The position numbers and the translations under genes are program-made. The notes beneath the pieces are model-generated. The model searched no databases, was not told the origin of the DNA, and was given only the letters and a program-made list of their open reading frames with translations. Positions 1 to 8,542 of a stretch of 21,799 bases of DNA are shown here, in pieces. The DNA is from Myxococcota bacterium (lineage in GTDB: Bacteria > Myxococcota > UBA4151): the NCBI GenBank assembly GCA_040260805.1, contig JBDQPD010000056.1:1-21799 (forward strand), written 5' to 3'. How positions within the stretch are numbered: the first letter of the stretch is position 1; each line of letters starts with the position of its first letter.

Positions 1-335
1 AGACTGTAGCGGTCTCCCAAGGCGCCGATTTGACCCGTCACCACGAACTGAGCGCCTAAAGCGCCGCCGAGCTCACCCACACAGCTCGCCTCCTCACAGC
101 CGCCCTCGAGCTGGCGCTGAAGCTCGGCATCGACCGCCGTCATCTCTTCGGGCGTGACCAAACGATAAGCTCCATGACGCGCCACTTGAGTGCGCAACTC
201 CTCGGTCAAAACGACGCCACCTTTAAAGTTCTCTGGTGCTTTGATCGCTGCAACCACTATCGTGGGTTTAGGTACATCTTGAGCCCACGCGACCGAAGCG
301 AAGAGCATCAAACCGAGTCCAAAAATATGACGCAT
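1..335 (-). CDS. Secreted protein, 5' part only (runs off window start); N-terminal domain with a CxxxxC-xx-ELG-xx-LGA motif, resembling CsgG-like/DUF2380-like domains of myxobacterial secreted proteins
   Basis: Not in the ORF track because no stop falls in the window. My translation from ATG at 335: MRHIFGLGLMLFASVAWA/QDVPKPTIVVAAIKAPENFKGGVVLTEELRTQVARHGAYRLVTPEEMTAVDAELQRQLEGGCEEASCVGELGGALGAQFVVTGQIGALGDRYS. Open for 111 codons, with a clear Sec signal peptide (AWA/Q). Confidence 0.75.
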   Translation of the reverse strand, partial: MRHIFGLGLMLFASVAWAQDVPKPTIVVAAIKAPENFKGGVVLTEELRTQVARHGAYRLVTPEEMTAVDAELQRQLEGGCEEASCVGELGGALGAQFVVTGQIGALGDRYS

Positions 336-415
336 CACGCCCCCATGATCTGAGTCACTGCTTTTGGCGCTCAAGGTCAAAAGGTCAAGTTCAGCCCACT
401 TCTGGACGGCAAAAC

Positions 416-429
416 TGAAACATGTTCTA
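416..429. promoter_or_regulatory. KstR-type operator upstream of the + strand ring-degradation operon
   Basis: TGAAACATGTTCTA matches the KstR consensus TnnAACnnGTTnnA exactly. It lies 18 nt upstream of the ATG at 448, in the divergent intergenic region. Confidence 0.8.
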
Positions 430-447
430 GTGCGCTTAAGGGAGGCG

Positions 448-1281
448 ATGAGGTTGGCTGACCAAGCGCCAGTGATCGACACTTTTGTGAACGTCAATAT
501 GGGCTCAACGGAGCGCCCTGACTGGCTGGTTCGAGTTGCGGAGGACTATTTCAAGCGCGCCGATGCGATCTTTAAGGACATCGACGCTGATGCGCTGGTG
601 GACACCATGGACTCGCTGGGCGTCAGCAAAGCGATCATCACCATGCGAGCGCTTGAGCCCGACGCTCGAATCCTCGCCTTTCCTGAGCGCTACCCCGACC
701 GCTTTAGCTTGAGCATCAGCTGCGACCCTCGCGCCGGAATGAAGACCGTCTCCGCCCTCGAAGAGTTGGTCAAGAATCACCCCGTCAGTTTGGCTCGCAT
801 GGTCCCGTTTATGACCGGTTTGGCAGCCAACGAGGCGGCCTGTTATCCGGTCTTTAGTAAATGCTGCGAGCTCGATGTACCGATTTCGGTCAACACCGGT
901 ATTCCGGGGCCGCCAGCGCCTGGGATGATTCAGCACCCCATGCATCTGGATGAGGTTTGCCTCTTCTTTCCCGAGCTTAAATTGGTCATGGCTCATGGCG
1001 CAGATCCTTGGTGGGCTGAGGCAATTCGCCTGATGCTCAAATACAAAAATCTACACCTTATGACCTCGGCTTATGCGCCGAAGTACCTCCCCGAGAGCCT
1101 ACTTCAGTTCATGAACTCTCGAGGGCGATCGAAGATTATTTTTGCGTCAGACCACCCTGTTTTGGGTATGGATCGTTGCTGCAGTGAGGCGCGTCAGCTA
1201 TCGCTTAAACCAGATAGCTTAGCCGCGTACCTACACGGCAACGCACAACGTCTCTTCTTTGACCACCTGGAGGGCGCATGA
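448..1281 (+). CDS. Amidohydrolase_2 family metal-dependent hydrolase
   Basis: Motifs LVMAHGADPW, TSAYAPKYLP and KIIFASDHP. The ORF-track start at 364 (TTG) would run through the operator. GGAGG at 441-445 favours ATG 448 or TTG 454. The stop overlaps the next ATG (ATGA). Confidence 0.8.
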   Translation: MRLADQAPVIDTFVNVNMGSTERPDWLVRVAEDYFKRADAIFKDIDADALVDTMDSLGVSKAIITMRALEPDARILAFPERYPDRFSLSISCDPRAGMKTVSALEELVKNHPVSLARMVPFMTGLAANEAACYPVFSKCCELDVPISVNTGIPGPPAPGMIQHPMHLDEVCLFFPELKLVMAHGADPWWAEAIRLMLKYKNLHLMTSAYAPKYLPESLLQFMNSRGRSKIIFASDHPVLGMDRCCSEARQLSLKPDSLAAYLHGNAQRLFFDHLEGA

Positions 1282-2456
1282 CCATCGACCACCAATGGGT
1301 CGCAACGGCAGAATCAATCGGCGACGCGCTAGCGTCCAGGCGGCTCGACTGCGAGGCGCAAACTCGGATCCCTGAAGATACGGTGAACGACCTTCACAAG
1401 ACGGGGTTGTGGCGTCTTTTGCAGCCTAAACGCTTCGGCGGTGAAGAGGCGCACCCGAACACCTTTCTCGCTTGCCAAACGGCGATCGCTAAACGCTGCC
1501 CTTCGACCGCTTGGGTCTACGGCGTGGTCGGCGTTCACTCGTGGCAGCTCGCCCTCTTTGACGAGCGAGCCCAAGAAGAGGTCTGGGGCAAGGACAGCAG
1601 CGTCTTGATCTCATCCTCGTACGCTCCGACCGGTAAGGTCGAGCGCGCGGAGGGCGGCTACACCCTCTCAGGGTCTTGGCATTTTAGCTCTGGCTGCGAG
1701 TTTTGCGATTGGGTTTTCTTGGGAGGGTTTGTGCCCCCTGAGGAGGGTGCGCCCCCGGGTCCGCCCGACATGCGCACCTTCTTACTGCCACGAAGCGACT
1801 ACGCCATCGACCGCAATTGGGAGGTGGCCGGCTTGCAGGGAACCGGCAGCCACACGGTGGTCGTCGATGGCGCCTTCGTGCCCGACTACCGAACCCACAA
1901 AATGGCGGATGGCTTTCGTTTGAAGAGCCCAGGAAACGCCGTCAATACTGCCCCGTTGTACAAAGTACCGTTCGGCTTGCTGTTTACGCGATCGGTCTCA
2001 ACCACCGCCATTGGCTTACTTGAAGGCGCCTTAGATGCGTACCTCAGCGTGGCGCGCACTAAAGTGAGCGCCTCCGATCAGCGGCGCGTGACCGAGGATC
2101 CGAAGAGCCAAGAAGTGTGCGCCGAGGCGCGCGCTGAGCTTGAGAGCGTCAAGCTCGTGCTTGAGCGAACCTTTGATGAGCTGATGGCGGCTGCAGAACA
2201 GGGTACCAAGCCCACCATCGAGCGACGCGCTTTGTTTCGATACGAGAGCGCTATGGCGGTGCAGCGTTGCATGGAACAAGTCGATAAACTCATGAGCCAA
2301 AGCGGCGGCACAGCGATCTTTGCTCAAGCGCCCATACAGCCCTTTTTTCAGGGTATACATGCGGCTCGGGGACACTACGCGAACAACCCCGCTAAGCCCG
2401 CTCAAAACTTGGGCAGAGTCTTGCTTGAGCTCAAGACCCAGGACTTCTTCTTATGA
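1278..2456 (+). CDS. hsaA: Flavin-dependent monooxygenase oxygenase subunit (3-HSA 4-hydroxylase, HsaA-like)
   Basis: Acyl-CoA-dehydrogenase-fold monooxygenase with HSWQLALFDERAQEEVWG..ISSSYAP, WHFSSGC and GLQGTGSH, close to HsaA. Adjacent to an extradiol dioxygenase and an MCP hydrolase. Confidence 0.85.
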   Translation: MTIDHQWVATAESIGDALASRRLDCEAQTRIPEDTVNDLHKTGLWRLLQPKRFGGEEAHPNTFLACQTAIAKRCPSTAWVYGVVGVHSWQLALFDERAQEEVWGKDSSVLISSSYAPTGKVERAEGGYTLSGSWHFSSGCEFCDWVFLGGFVPPEEGAPPGPPDMRTFLLPRSDYAIDRNWEVAGLQGTGSHTVVVDGAFVPDYRTHKMADGFRLKSPGNAVNTAPLYKVPFGLLFTRSVSTTAIGLLEGALDAYLSVARTKVSASDQRRVTEDPKSQEVCAEARAELESVKLVLERTFDELMAAAEQGTKPTIERRALFRYESAMAVQRCMEQVDKLMSQSGGTAIFAQAPIQPFFQGIHAARGHYANNPAKPAQNLGRVLLELKTQDFFL

Positions 2457-3352
2457 CCCGGCCGGTAGCCCAGCTCGGCTACCTAGGCTTTGGCGTCTCA
2501 GACCTCAGCGCATGGGAATCTTTTGCGACGAAAATTCTCGGGCTACAAATCGGCGCCCGAAGCGACCATGGGTTCGATTTACGTCTCGACAGTCACCGGC
2601 GCCGCTTCATGATTCGCGAGGACGACTGCGATGATCTAACGCTCATCGGCTGGCAAGCTGATGACGACACAAGCTTTGACGCGCTGGTTGAGCGACTCGA
2701 TGGCGCAGGAGCGCAGCCGAAAAATGCCGCTGAGTCCTTGCGCATGGAGCGCGGCGTTGCGCGCTTAGTCGAATTCACAGACCCCGCTGGAATCCCGAGC
2801 GAGCTTGCGCTGGGCTGTCCGCTCGATCCCAAGCCCTTTGAATCTGAACTCATAGCCGACGGTTTTGTCGCTGAAGAGCTCGGCCTCGGCCATCTGGTGG
2901 TCACGAGTCACGACCCAGCCGCCAGCGAAGCCTTCTATGGGGAGGTCCTCGGCTTTGGTTTCTCGGATCGAATTGCGTGCGAGATCTACGGCTTTGATGT
3001 CGATATCGCCTTCTTTCACACCAACCCTCGACACCACAGCTTAGCCGTTGGCGCGCGCATCGATAAACGCATCCACCACTTTATGATCGAAGCCAAGGTG
3101 ATGGACGAGGTCGGCTGTGCCTACGATCGCTGCATTCGCAAACGGGTTCCGATTATGAACACCCTGGGGCGTCACCCCAACGATCAGATGTTCTCCTTTT
3201 ATGCGTTCACGCCGTCAGGGTTTCAGTTTGAATTTGGCTGGGGCGGTCGAACTGTAGATGTCGATAATCACCCCCCCGGGGCCTTTGATCGGATCTCAGA
3301 CTGGGGACACCATCCGCCCGCTATTTTAGCGCCGCGAAAGAAAAGACCTTGA
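2453..3352 (+). CDS. hsaC: Type I extradiol ring-cleavage dioxygenase (HsaC/BphC-like)
   Basis: LGYLGF N-terminus. Fe ligand and catalytic motifs LGHLV, RHHSL, IHHFM, TLGRHPNDQMFSFY and FEFGWG. Substrate is inferred from context. Confidence 0.82.
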   Translation: MTRPVAQLGYLGFGVSDLSAWESFATKILGLQIGARSDHGFDLRLDSHRRRFMIREDDCDDLTLIGWQADDDTSFDALVERLDGAGAQPKNAAESLRMERGVARLVEFTDPAGIPSELALGCPLDPKPFESELIADGFVAEELGLGHLVVTSHDPAASEAFYGEVLGFGFSDRIACEIYGFDVDIAFFHTNPRHHSLAVGARIDKRIHHFMIEAKVMDEVGCAYDRCIRKRVPIMNTLGRHPNDQMFSFYAFTPSGFQFEFGWGGRTVDVDNHPPGAFDRISDWGHHPPAILAPRKKRP

Positions 3353-4182
3353 TTCAAACTCCGGACGAGATTCCACGCGGAAGCACTCTGGCTCTCGATG
3401 ATGGCCGAGAGGTTCACTACCATGACTCAGGCGAAGGGCCGGCGGTGGTCTTTGTTCACGGCAGCGGTCCGGGTGGAAGTGGATGGTCCAACTTTCAGGG
3501 CAACTACGAGGTCTTAGCGAAGGCTGGCTTTCGCTGCTTGGTGCCTGACCTCTTAGGCTACGGCTACTCGTCCAAACCCGAAGATGCTGAGTACACGCTC
3601 GATTATTTAGTCCGCGGAGTCGTCGATTTTATCGATGCCCTTGGCTTGGATCGGTTCACGCTCATCGGTAATTCGCTCGGTGGAGCGATCTGTATTCGGA
3701 TGGCGATCGAGCATCCAGCGCGCGTCGAGCGGATGGTCTTGATGGCTCCAGGGGGTATGGAGGCGCGTGAGGTGTACATGGGTATGAAAGGGATCCGCAG
3801 CATGCTGCGAGCGATCTTTGATCCAGGCGGCTTAACGCTTGAGAGCATGCGCAAAGTCTTCTCCAAACAACTGCACGACCCGAGCATCATCTCGGAGCAC
3901 TTGCTTGAGCAGCGCATGCGCATCGCTCAGTCCCAACCCCAAGCGGTATTTGCCACCAGTCGAGTGCCGAACCTCAGCGATGAGCTCGGCTCGATTCAGT
4001 GTCCGGTGCTCGGCCTTTGGGGCAATGAGGACCAATTTTGCCCGGTATCCGGTGCCACCACGCTCGCTGAAAATATTTCGGACGTGCGCGTGATGCGCTT
4101 TTCGAACTGCGGTCATTGGGTCATGGTCGAGCGCGAGGCGGTGTTTAACCGCATGGTCCGAGACTTTCTGCTGGAGGGCTAG
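3349..4182 (+). CDS. hsaD: Meta-cleavage product (C-C) hydrolase, HsaD/TesD-like
   Basis: HGSGPG oxyanion motif, GNSLGG nucleophile, Asp in NEDQF and CGHWV catalytic His. TTG start overlaps the hsaC stop. Confidence 0.82.
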   Translation: MIQTPDEIPRGSTLALDDGREVHYHDSGEGPAVVFVHGSGPGGSGWSNFQGNYEVLAKAGFRCLVPDLLGYGYSSKPEDAEYTLDYLVRGVVDFIDALGLDRFTLIGNSLGGAICIRMAIEHPARVERMVLMAPGGMEAREVYMGMKGIRSMLRAIFDPGGLTLESMRKVFSKQLHDPSIISEHLLEQRMRIAQSQPQAVFATSRVPNLSDELGSIQCPVLGLWGNEDQFCPVSGATTLAENISDVRVMRFSNCGHWVMVEREAVFNRMVRDFLLEG

Positions 4183-4965
4183 ATGCCTCTTTCAACCGAG
4201 ATTACCGACGCCCTGGGTGATGAACTCTGGGCTTGCTTGAACGAACGACGCACCATCCCACCGCTCACCGAGCGCTACCCAGAGATGACCATCGATGACG
4301 CCTATGCGGTCAACCTTAGACTGCGCGACCTGCGCAGCGCTCGGGGCGACCGGCTGGTGGGTAAAAAGATCGGCGTCACCAGCTTTGCGGTGCAAGATAT
4401 GCTCGGCGTCGATCAACCGGACTTTGGCTTCTTGTTCAACACCATGGTGTTTAGTCGAGTGATGCCTATTTCAGAGCACCTTAGCCAACCACGCGCCGAG
4501 GGTGAGCTCGCCTTCATCCTCAAGGACGACCTCAAAGGTCCTGGGGTGACCGACCAACAAGTGCTCGCAGCGACCGAGTCGGTGGTTCCGTGTTTCGAAG
4601 TTGTCGACTCACGCATCGCCGACTGGAAGGTCAAAATCCAAGACACGGTGGCCGACAACGCCAGCTGTGGGTTGTACCTTCTTGGCAAGGGCGTCTCCCC
4701 TGAAGGTTTGGATTTTCCTAACCTCAAGATGAGGGTCTACAAAAACGACAGGTTGCTGAGCGAAGGCGAAGGAAGTGCAGCGCTTGGATCGCCGGTTAAA
4801 TGCGTGACTTGGCTCGCAAACACGCTGGGGAGGTACGGTATAAGCCTCGACGCTGGTGACGTCATCTTGTCGGGCTCATGGGTGCCCCTTGAGCCGGTCG
4901 TTCCCGGCGACGCGATGCGCCTAGAAATCGGCGATGTCGGTCGCTGCGAGGTGGTCTTTATCTAA
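4183..4965 (+). CDS. hsaE: 2-hydroxyhexa-2,4-dienoate (2-keto-4-pentenoate type) hydratase, HsaE/TesE-like
   Basis: FAA-hydrolase superfamily motifs GKKIGVTS, QPDFG, EGELAF, FEVVDSRI and DTVADNAS. Starts directly after the hsaD stop. Confidence 0.85.
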   Translation: MPLSTEITDALGDELWACLNERRTIPPLTERYPEMTIDDAYAVNLRLRDLRSARGDRLVGKKIGVTSFAVQDMLGVDQPDFGFLFNTMVFSRVMPISEHLSQPRAEGELAFILKDDLKGPGVTDQQVLAATESVVPCFEVVDSRIADWKVKIQDTVADNASCGLYLLGKGVSPEGLDFPNLKMRVYKNDRLLSEGEGSAALGSPVKCVTWLANTLGRYGISLDAGDVILSGSWVPLEPVVPGDAMRLEIGDVGRCEVVFI

Positions 4966-5059
4966 ACCCTGCTCGCCTGATGCGCCGCCCGACCGAGCGT
5001 TGACGCTGGCGAAGCGCTGATTAGTTCTCTAAAGAGGTCCGCCGAACGCGGAGGTTGCC

Positions 5060-7582
5060 ATGCGCTACGCCCTAGCTCTTCTCACACTGACTGCTGGTTG
5101 TCCTATGTCGACGCCACCAGCGACCCCCGACGCAGGAATCGCTGTCGATGCGGGCTCCACCCCTTTTGACTCAGGCTCTCCCGCTCGAGACAGCGGCCCT
5201 GAACCCAGTGAAACCTGCACCGAGGCGCTCCCGGCAGCGCCCGAGGGTCAAGACTGCTTGGTCGAAGGAAGCGGTGAGTCGCGCTTGATTGGTGGTCACT
5301 TGCTGCTCGAGGATAAGGTCCTCGAGAATGGCTGGATGCTGATCAACGCCTCGGGTGAGATCGCCTGCGTCGGTTGCGATTGTGCAGCCCAGGCGACCAA
5401 TGCGGTCACCATCAGCTGCCCCGGCGCTGTGGTCAGCCCTGGCTTGATCAACACCCATGATCATATCGGCTTTATCAACGGCCGCCCCTGGGTTGCGAGT
5501 GAACACCAAGTCGATGATGAGCAGCGTTGGCGCCATCGCCACGACTGGCGGCGCGGTCGTCGTGACCATCCCCGAATTTCGATCCAAGGTGGCCAAGCCA
5601 ATAAAGAGGCGCAACAGCTCGGAGAGATCCGCTTTGCGCTCGCGGGTGCGACGTCGATCAACGGCTCGGGTGGTGCCAGCGGGTTTTTGCGGAACGTCGA
5701 CCGCGGCGACCTCGACGAAGGGCTCAGCGACGAGCCCGTCGCCTACGAGACCTTTCCGCTCGGTGATTCGAACGGCTATATTGACGATGGAGTGTGTACC
5801 TACCCGGGGATGGGTGAGAACCGCCTCCGAAATGCGCCCAACAAAAGAGCCTTCACGCCTCATGTGGCGGAAGGAATTGATGGCGAAGCCCAGAATGAAT
5901 TCGCGTGCATGACCGGCGCCGACATCCAAGGGTCGGTCGACGTGCTCGGCGCCAACTCGGCGTTGATTCACGGGATTGGCTTGTCCGTCGACGACGTCGA
6001 CTTGATGGCTCTGCGCGGCATGAAACTCATCTGGTCACCGCGTTCAAACATTGCGCTTTATGGCGACACCGCCGACGTCCCCATGTTCTTAGCGATGGGT
6101 ATCCCCGTCGCTCTGGGAACCGACTGGGTTCAGTCCGGATCGATGAATGTCTTGCGCGAGCTGCAATGTGCCGCTCAATTTTCCGATCGTCACTGGGGCG
6201 GCGCGCTCTCGGCGAAGGATCTGTGGCTGATGGTCACGCGAGACGCGGCTCGGGCGCTTGGGCTGGAGAATTCTCTGGGCAGCCTAGCGGCGGGGCAGCT
6301 CGGTGACATCACGATCATGCGGCGACAAGGTGGCGGCTACCAAAGCGTCGTCCAAGGCAGCAGCAAAGACGTACTCCTAACCCTTAGAGCGGGGCGTCCG
6401 CTCACGGGTGATGCGCGCTTGGTTCAAGCGCTCGCTCAAGACTGCGACACCCTCGAAGTCTGCGGCGAGACGAAGATGGTCTGTGCTCGGGCACAGACCG
6501 GTAAAGAGTTGAGTCAGCTCCAGAGCCAGGGCGAGATGCTGTACCCGCTCTTTAGCTGCGCTACCCCCCAAAATGAGCCGACGTGCGAACCGCTTCGGCG
6601 CGAAGCGGAGCGATTTGGAGATTCCAACGCCTACAGCGGTCAACCCAGCGCCGACGATCAAGATGGCGATGGGCTGAGTAACGACGCAGACAACTGCCCC
6701 AACTTGTTCAACCCGATCCGACCCATGCACCAAGGCGTCCAACCGGATGCGGACCAAGACGGCATCGGCGATGCTTGCGATGTCTGCCCCTTTGCGCCGG
6801 GCGAGCCACCTTGCCCAGACACTCGTGACCGAGACGGTGATCAAATCGGTGACAACGAGGACAATTGCCCCTTGGTCGCAAACCCCGAGCAAGAGGATGC
6901 AGACGAAGACGGTCATGGCGACGCCTGTGATGACTGCCCGAACATTGCCAATCCAGGCGCTAGCCAATGCCCCGCTCCCGAAACCACGATCGGCGCGGTT
7001 CGCAGCGGCGAAGTGGCTCAAGATACTGCCGTCTTGATTCGGCAAGCCGTCATCACTGCGGTGTCGGAGAGTCGCGGCTTCTGGATCGCCCAAGGCAGCG
7101 GCGCAGGGCAGGGAATCTACGTCTACGTGCGCGGCGACAGCCCTCCCGAGTGGCGACGTGGCGCACGCGTCGATGTCCAAGCGACCTATGTCGAATACCA
7201 TGATCTAAGCGAGCTCACCGATGCGCAAGTGACAGTACTCCCAGGTGGGCTCGTCGCTGTCCCTGACGCAGTCGTCGTCAGCGCGGCAGATGTTGCTGAC
7301 GGCGGCTCCCAGGCCGAAGCGCTTGAGGGCGTTTTGGTGACTGTTGAGGATGTGCAGATCATGAACCCAAACCCGGACGGTCCGGACAACGACTATGGTC
7401 AAATTGAGATCTTCACCGGCCTGTGGATGGATGACCTGATTGTTCGCAACCTAACAGATGGTAGTTTGTTCCCACGCCAAACCGGAGTGGCCTTCACGTC
7501 GATTACAGGAATAGCGCATTACAGCTTCGAGCATCGTAAACTCTTACCTCGAGATGCGAACGATTTAACGCTGGCGCCCTAG
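5060..7582 (+). CDS. Putative lipoprotein: deaminase-type amidohydrolase domain, thrombospondin type-3 Ca-binding repeats and C-terminal OB-fold-like region
   Basis: GGAGG RBS at 5050-5054. Signal MRYALALLTLTAG/C followed by a P/S-rich DAG/DSG linker. Amidohydrolase motifs PGLINTHDH, HVAEG, LIHG, WSPRSN and ALGTD. Four DxDxDGxxDxxDxCP-like repeats. C-terminal LEGVLVTVEDV...SITGIAHYSF..KLLPR resembles OB-fold modules of extracellular nucleases. Confidence 0.8.
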   Translation: MRYALALLTLTAGCPMSTPPATPDAGIAVDAGSTPFDSGSPARDSGPEPSETCTEALPAAPEGQDCLVEGSGESRLIGGHLLLEDKVLENGWMLINASGEIACVGCDCAAQATNAVTISCPGAVVSPGLINTHDHIGFINGRPWVASEHQVDDEQRWRHRHDWRRGRRDHPRISIQGGQANKEAQQLGEIRFALAGATSINGSGGASGFLRNVDRGDLDEGLSDEPVAYETFPLGDSNGYIDDGVCTYPGMGENRLRNAPNKRAFTPHVAEGIDGEAQNEFACMTGADIQGSVDVLGANSALIHGIGLSVDDVDLMALRGMKLIWSPRSNIALYGDTADVPMFLAMGIPVALGTDWVQSGSMNVLRELQCAAQFSDRHWGGALSAKDLWLMVTRDAARALGLENSLGSLAAGQLGDITIMRRQGGGYQSVVQGSSKDVLLTLRAGRPLTGDARLVQALAQDCDTLEVCGETKMVCARAQTGKELSQLQSQGEMLYPLFSCATPQNEPTCEPLRREAERFGDSNAYSGQPSADDQDGDGLSNDADNCPNLFNPIRPMHQGVQPDADQDGIGDACDVCPFAPGEPPCPDTRDRDGDQIGDNEDNCPLVANPEQEDADEDGHGDACDDCPNIANPGASQCPAPETTIGAVRSGEVAQDTAVLIRQAVITAVSESRGFWIAQGSGAGQGIYVYVRGDSPPEWRRGARVDVQATYVEYHDLSELTDAQVTVLPGGLVAVPDAVVVSAADVADGGSQAEALEGVLVTVEDVQIMNPNPDGPDNDYGQIEIFTGLWMDDLIVRNLTDGSLFPRQTGVAFTSITGIAHYSFEHRKLLPRDANDLTLAP
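6653..6940 (+). repeat. Four thrombospondin type-3-like protein repeats within the 5060-7582 CDS
   Basis: DQDGDGLSNDADNCP, DADQDGIGDACDVCP, DRDGDQIGDNEDNCP and DADEDGHGDACDDCP. Confidence 0.85.
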
Positions 7583-7630
7583 CAGGCTCTTGCGCCGCGC
7601 GCTGACGCATGCCCAAGTAGCGCCCGGAGA

Positions 7631-8542
7631 ATGGTTGTGACCAAGCTAAAAGCAGCGATTATTGGACCGGGTAATATCGGGACCGATCTTCTTTATAAGG
7701 CCCTGCGATCAGACTGGGTTGAGCCCGTTTGGATGGTCGGAATTGATCCCCAATCTGAAGGCTTAAAGCGAGCCGCTGATCTGGGTCTAAAGACCACCTC
7801 AGAGGGTGTCAAAGGGATGATTGAAGCCGGCGGAGCCCAAGGCATTGATCTCGCCTTTGATGCAACCTCTGCCTATGTGCACAAGGCGAACTATGAGCTG
7901 CTCAAGCCCTTCGGTGTGACCTGCATAGATCTCACGCCAGCGGCGATCGGGCCCTACTGCATTCCGCCCGTCAATCTGGCGCAGCAAGTGGATGACTCGA
8001 TCGACAACGTGAACATGGTCACCTGCGGTGGTCAGGCGACCATCCCGATGGTGGCGGCGGTGCATCGCGTGCACCCGGTCGCTTATGGTGAGATTATCGC
8101 TACCGTCGCCTCACGCTCGATCGGCCCAGGCACGCGCAACAATATTGACGAATTCACGCGCACAACCGCGGCAGGGATCGAGCGCGTCGGTGGCGCCAAA
8201 GTCGGCAAAGCCATCATCGTGATCAATCCGGCTGAACCTCCGATCATGATGCGCGACACCATCCATTGCGTCATCGACGAACCACCGGATGAAGCGGCTG
8301 TCCGCGCCTCAGTCGAAGCGATGGTCGCTGAGGTTCAAACCTACGTCCCTGGCTATGCGCTAAAAAACGGACCTGTCTTTGAAAAGCTCGCCGATGGTCG
8401 TCATCGGATCTCGACCTTTATGGAGGTCACCGGTCTGGGGGACTTTTTGCCTCAGTACGCAGGAAATCTGGACATCATGACCGCAGCGGCGTTGCGCACC
8501 GGCGAGCTGATCGCGAGCTTGCGTCAGGAGGCCTCCTCATGA
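7631..8542 (+). CDS. hsaG: Acylating acetaldehyde/propanal dehydrogenase, HsaG/TesF/DmpF family
   Basis: [11 protein letters not shown]ossmann motif, [11 protein letters not shown] catalytic Cys and YAGNLDIMT. The true start may be GTG at 7637, given GGAGA at 7626-7630. Confidence 0.9.
   Translation: MVVTKLKAAIIGPGNIGTDLLYKALRSDWVEPVWMVGIDPQSEGLKRAADLGLKTTSEGVKGMIEAGGAQGIDLAFDATSAYVHKANYELLKPFGVTCIDLTPAAIGPYCIPPVNLAQQVDDSIDNVNMVTCGGQATIPMVAAVHRVHPVAYGEIIATVASRSIGPGTRNNIDEFTRTTAAGIERVGGAKVGKAIIVINPAEPPIMMRDTIHCVIDEPPDEAAVRASVEAMVAEVQTYVPGYALKNGPVFEKLADGRHRISTFMEVTGLGDFLPQYAGNLDIMTAAALRTGELIASLRQEASS

Noticed and set aside
374..393. Resemblance of the AGGTCA repeats to eukaryotic nuclear-receptor response elements near steroid genes
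   Set aside because: Bacteria lack nuclear receptors, so the resemblance is coincidental. The sequence is kept only as a generic direct repeat.
364..447. N-terminal extension of the amidohydrolase from TTG 364
   Set aside because: No RBS, and it spans the operator. GGAGG at 441-445 supports a later start.
5171..7201. Long antisense ORFs 5171-5971 (266 aa) and 6377-7201 (274 aa)
   Set aside because: They lie fully opposite a well-supported CDS and have no recognisable motifs. They are typical shadow ORFs of GC-rich coding DNA, as are the other short overlapping ORFs in the track.
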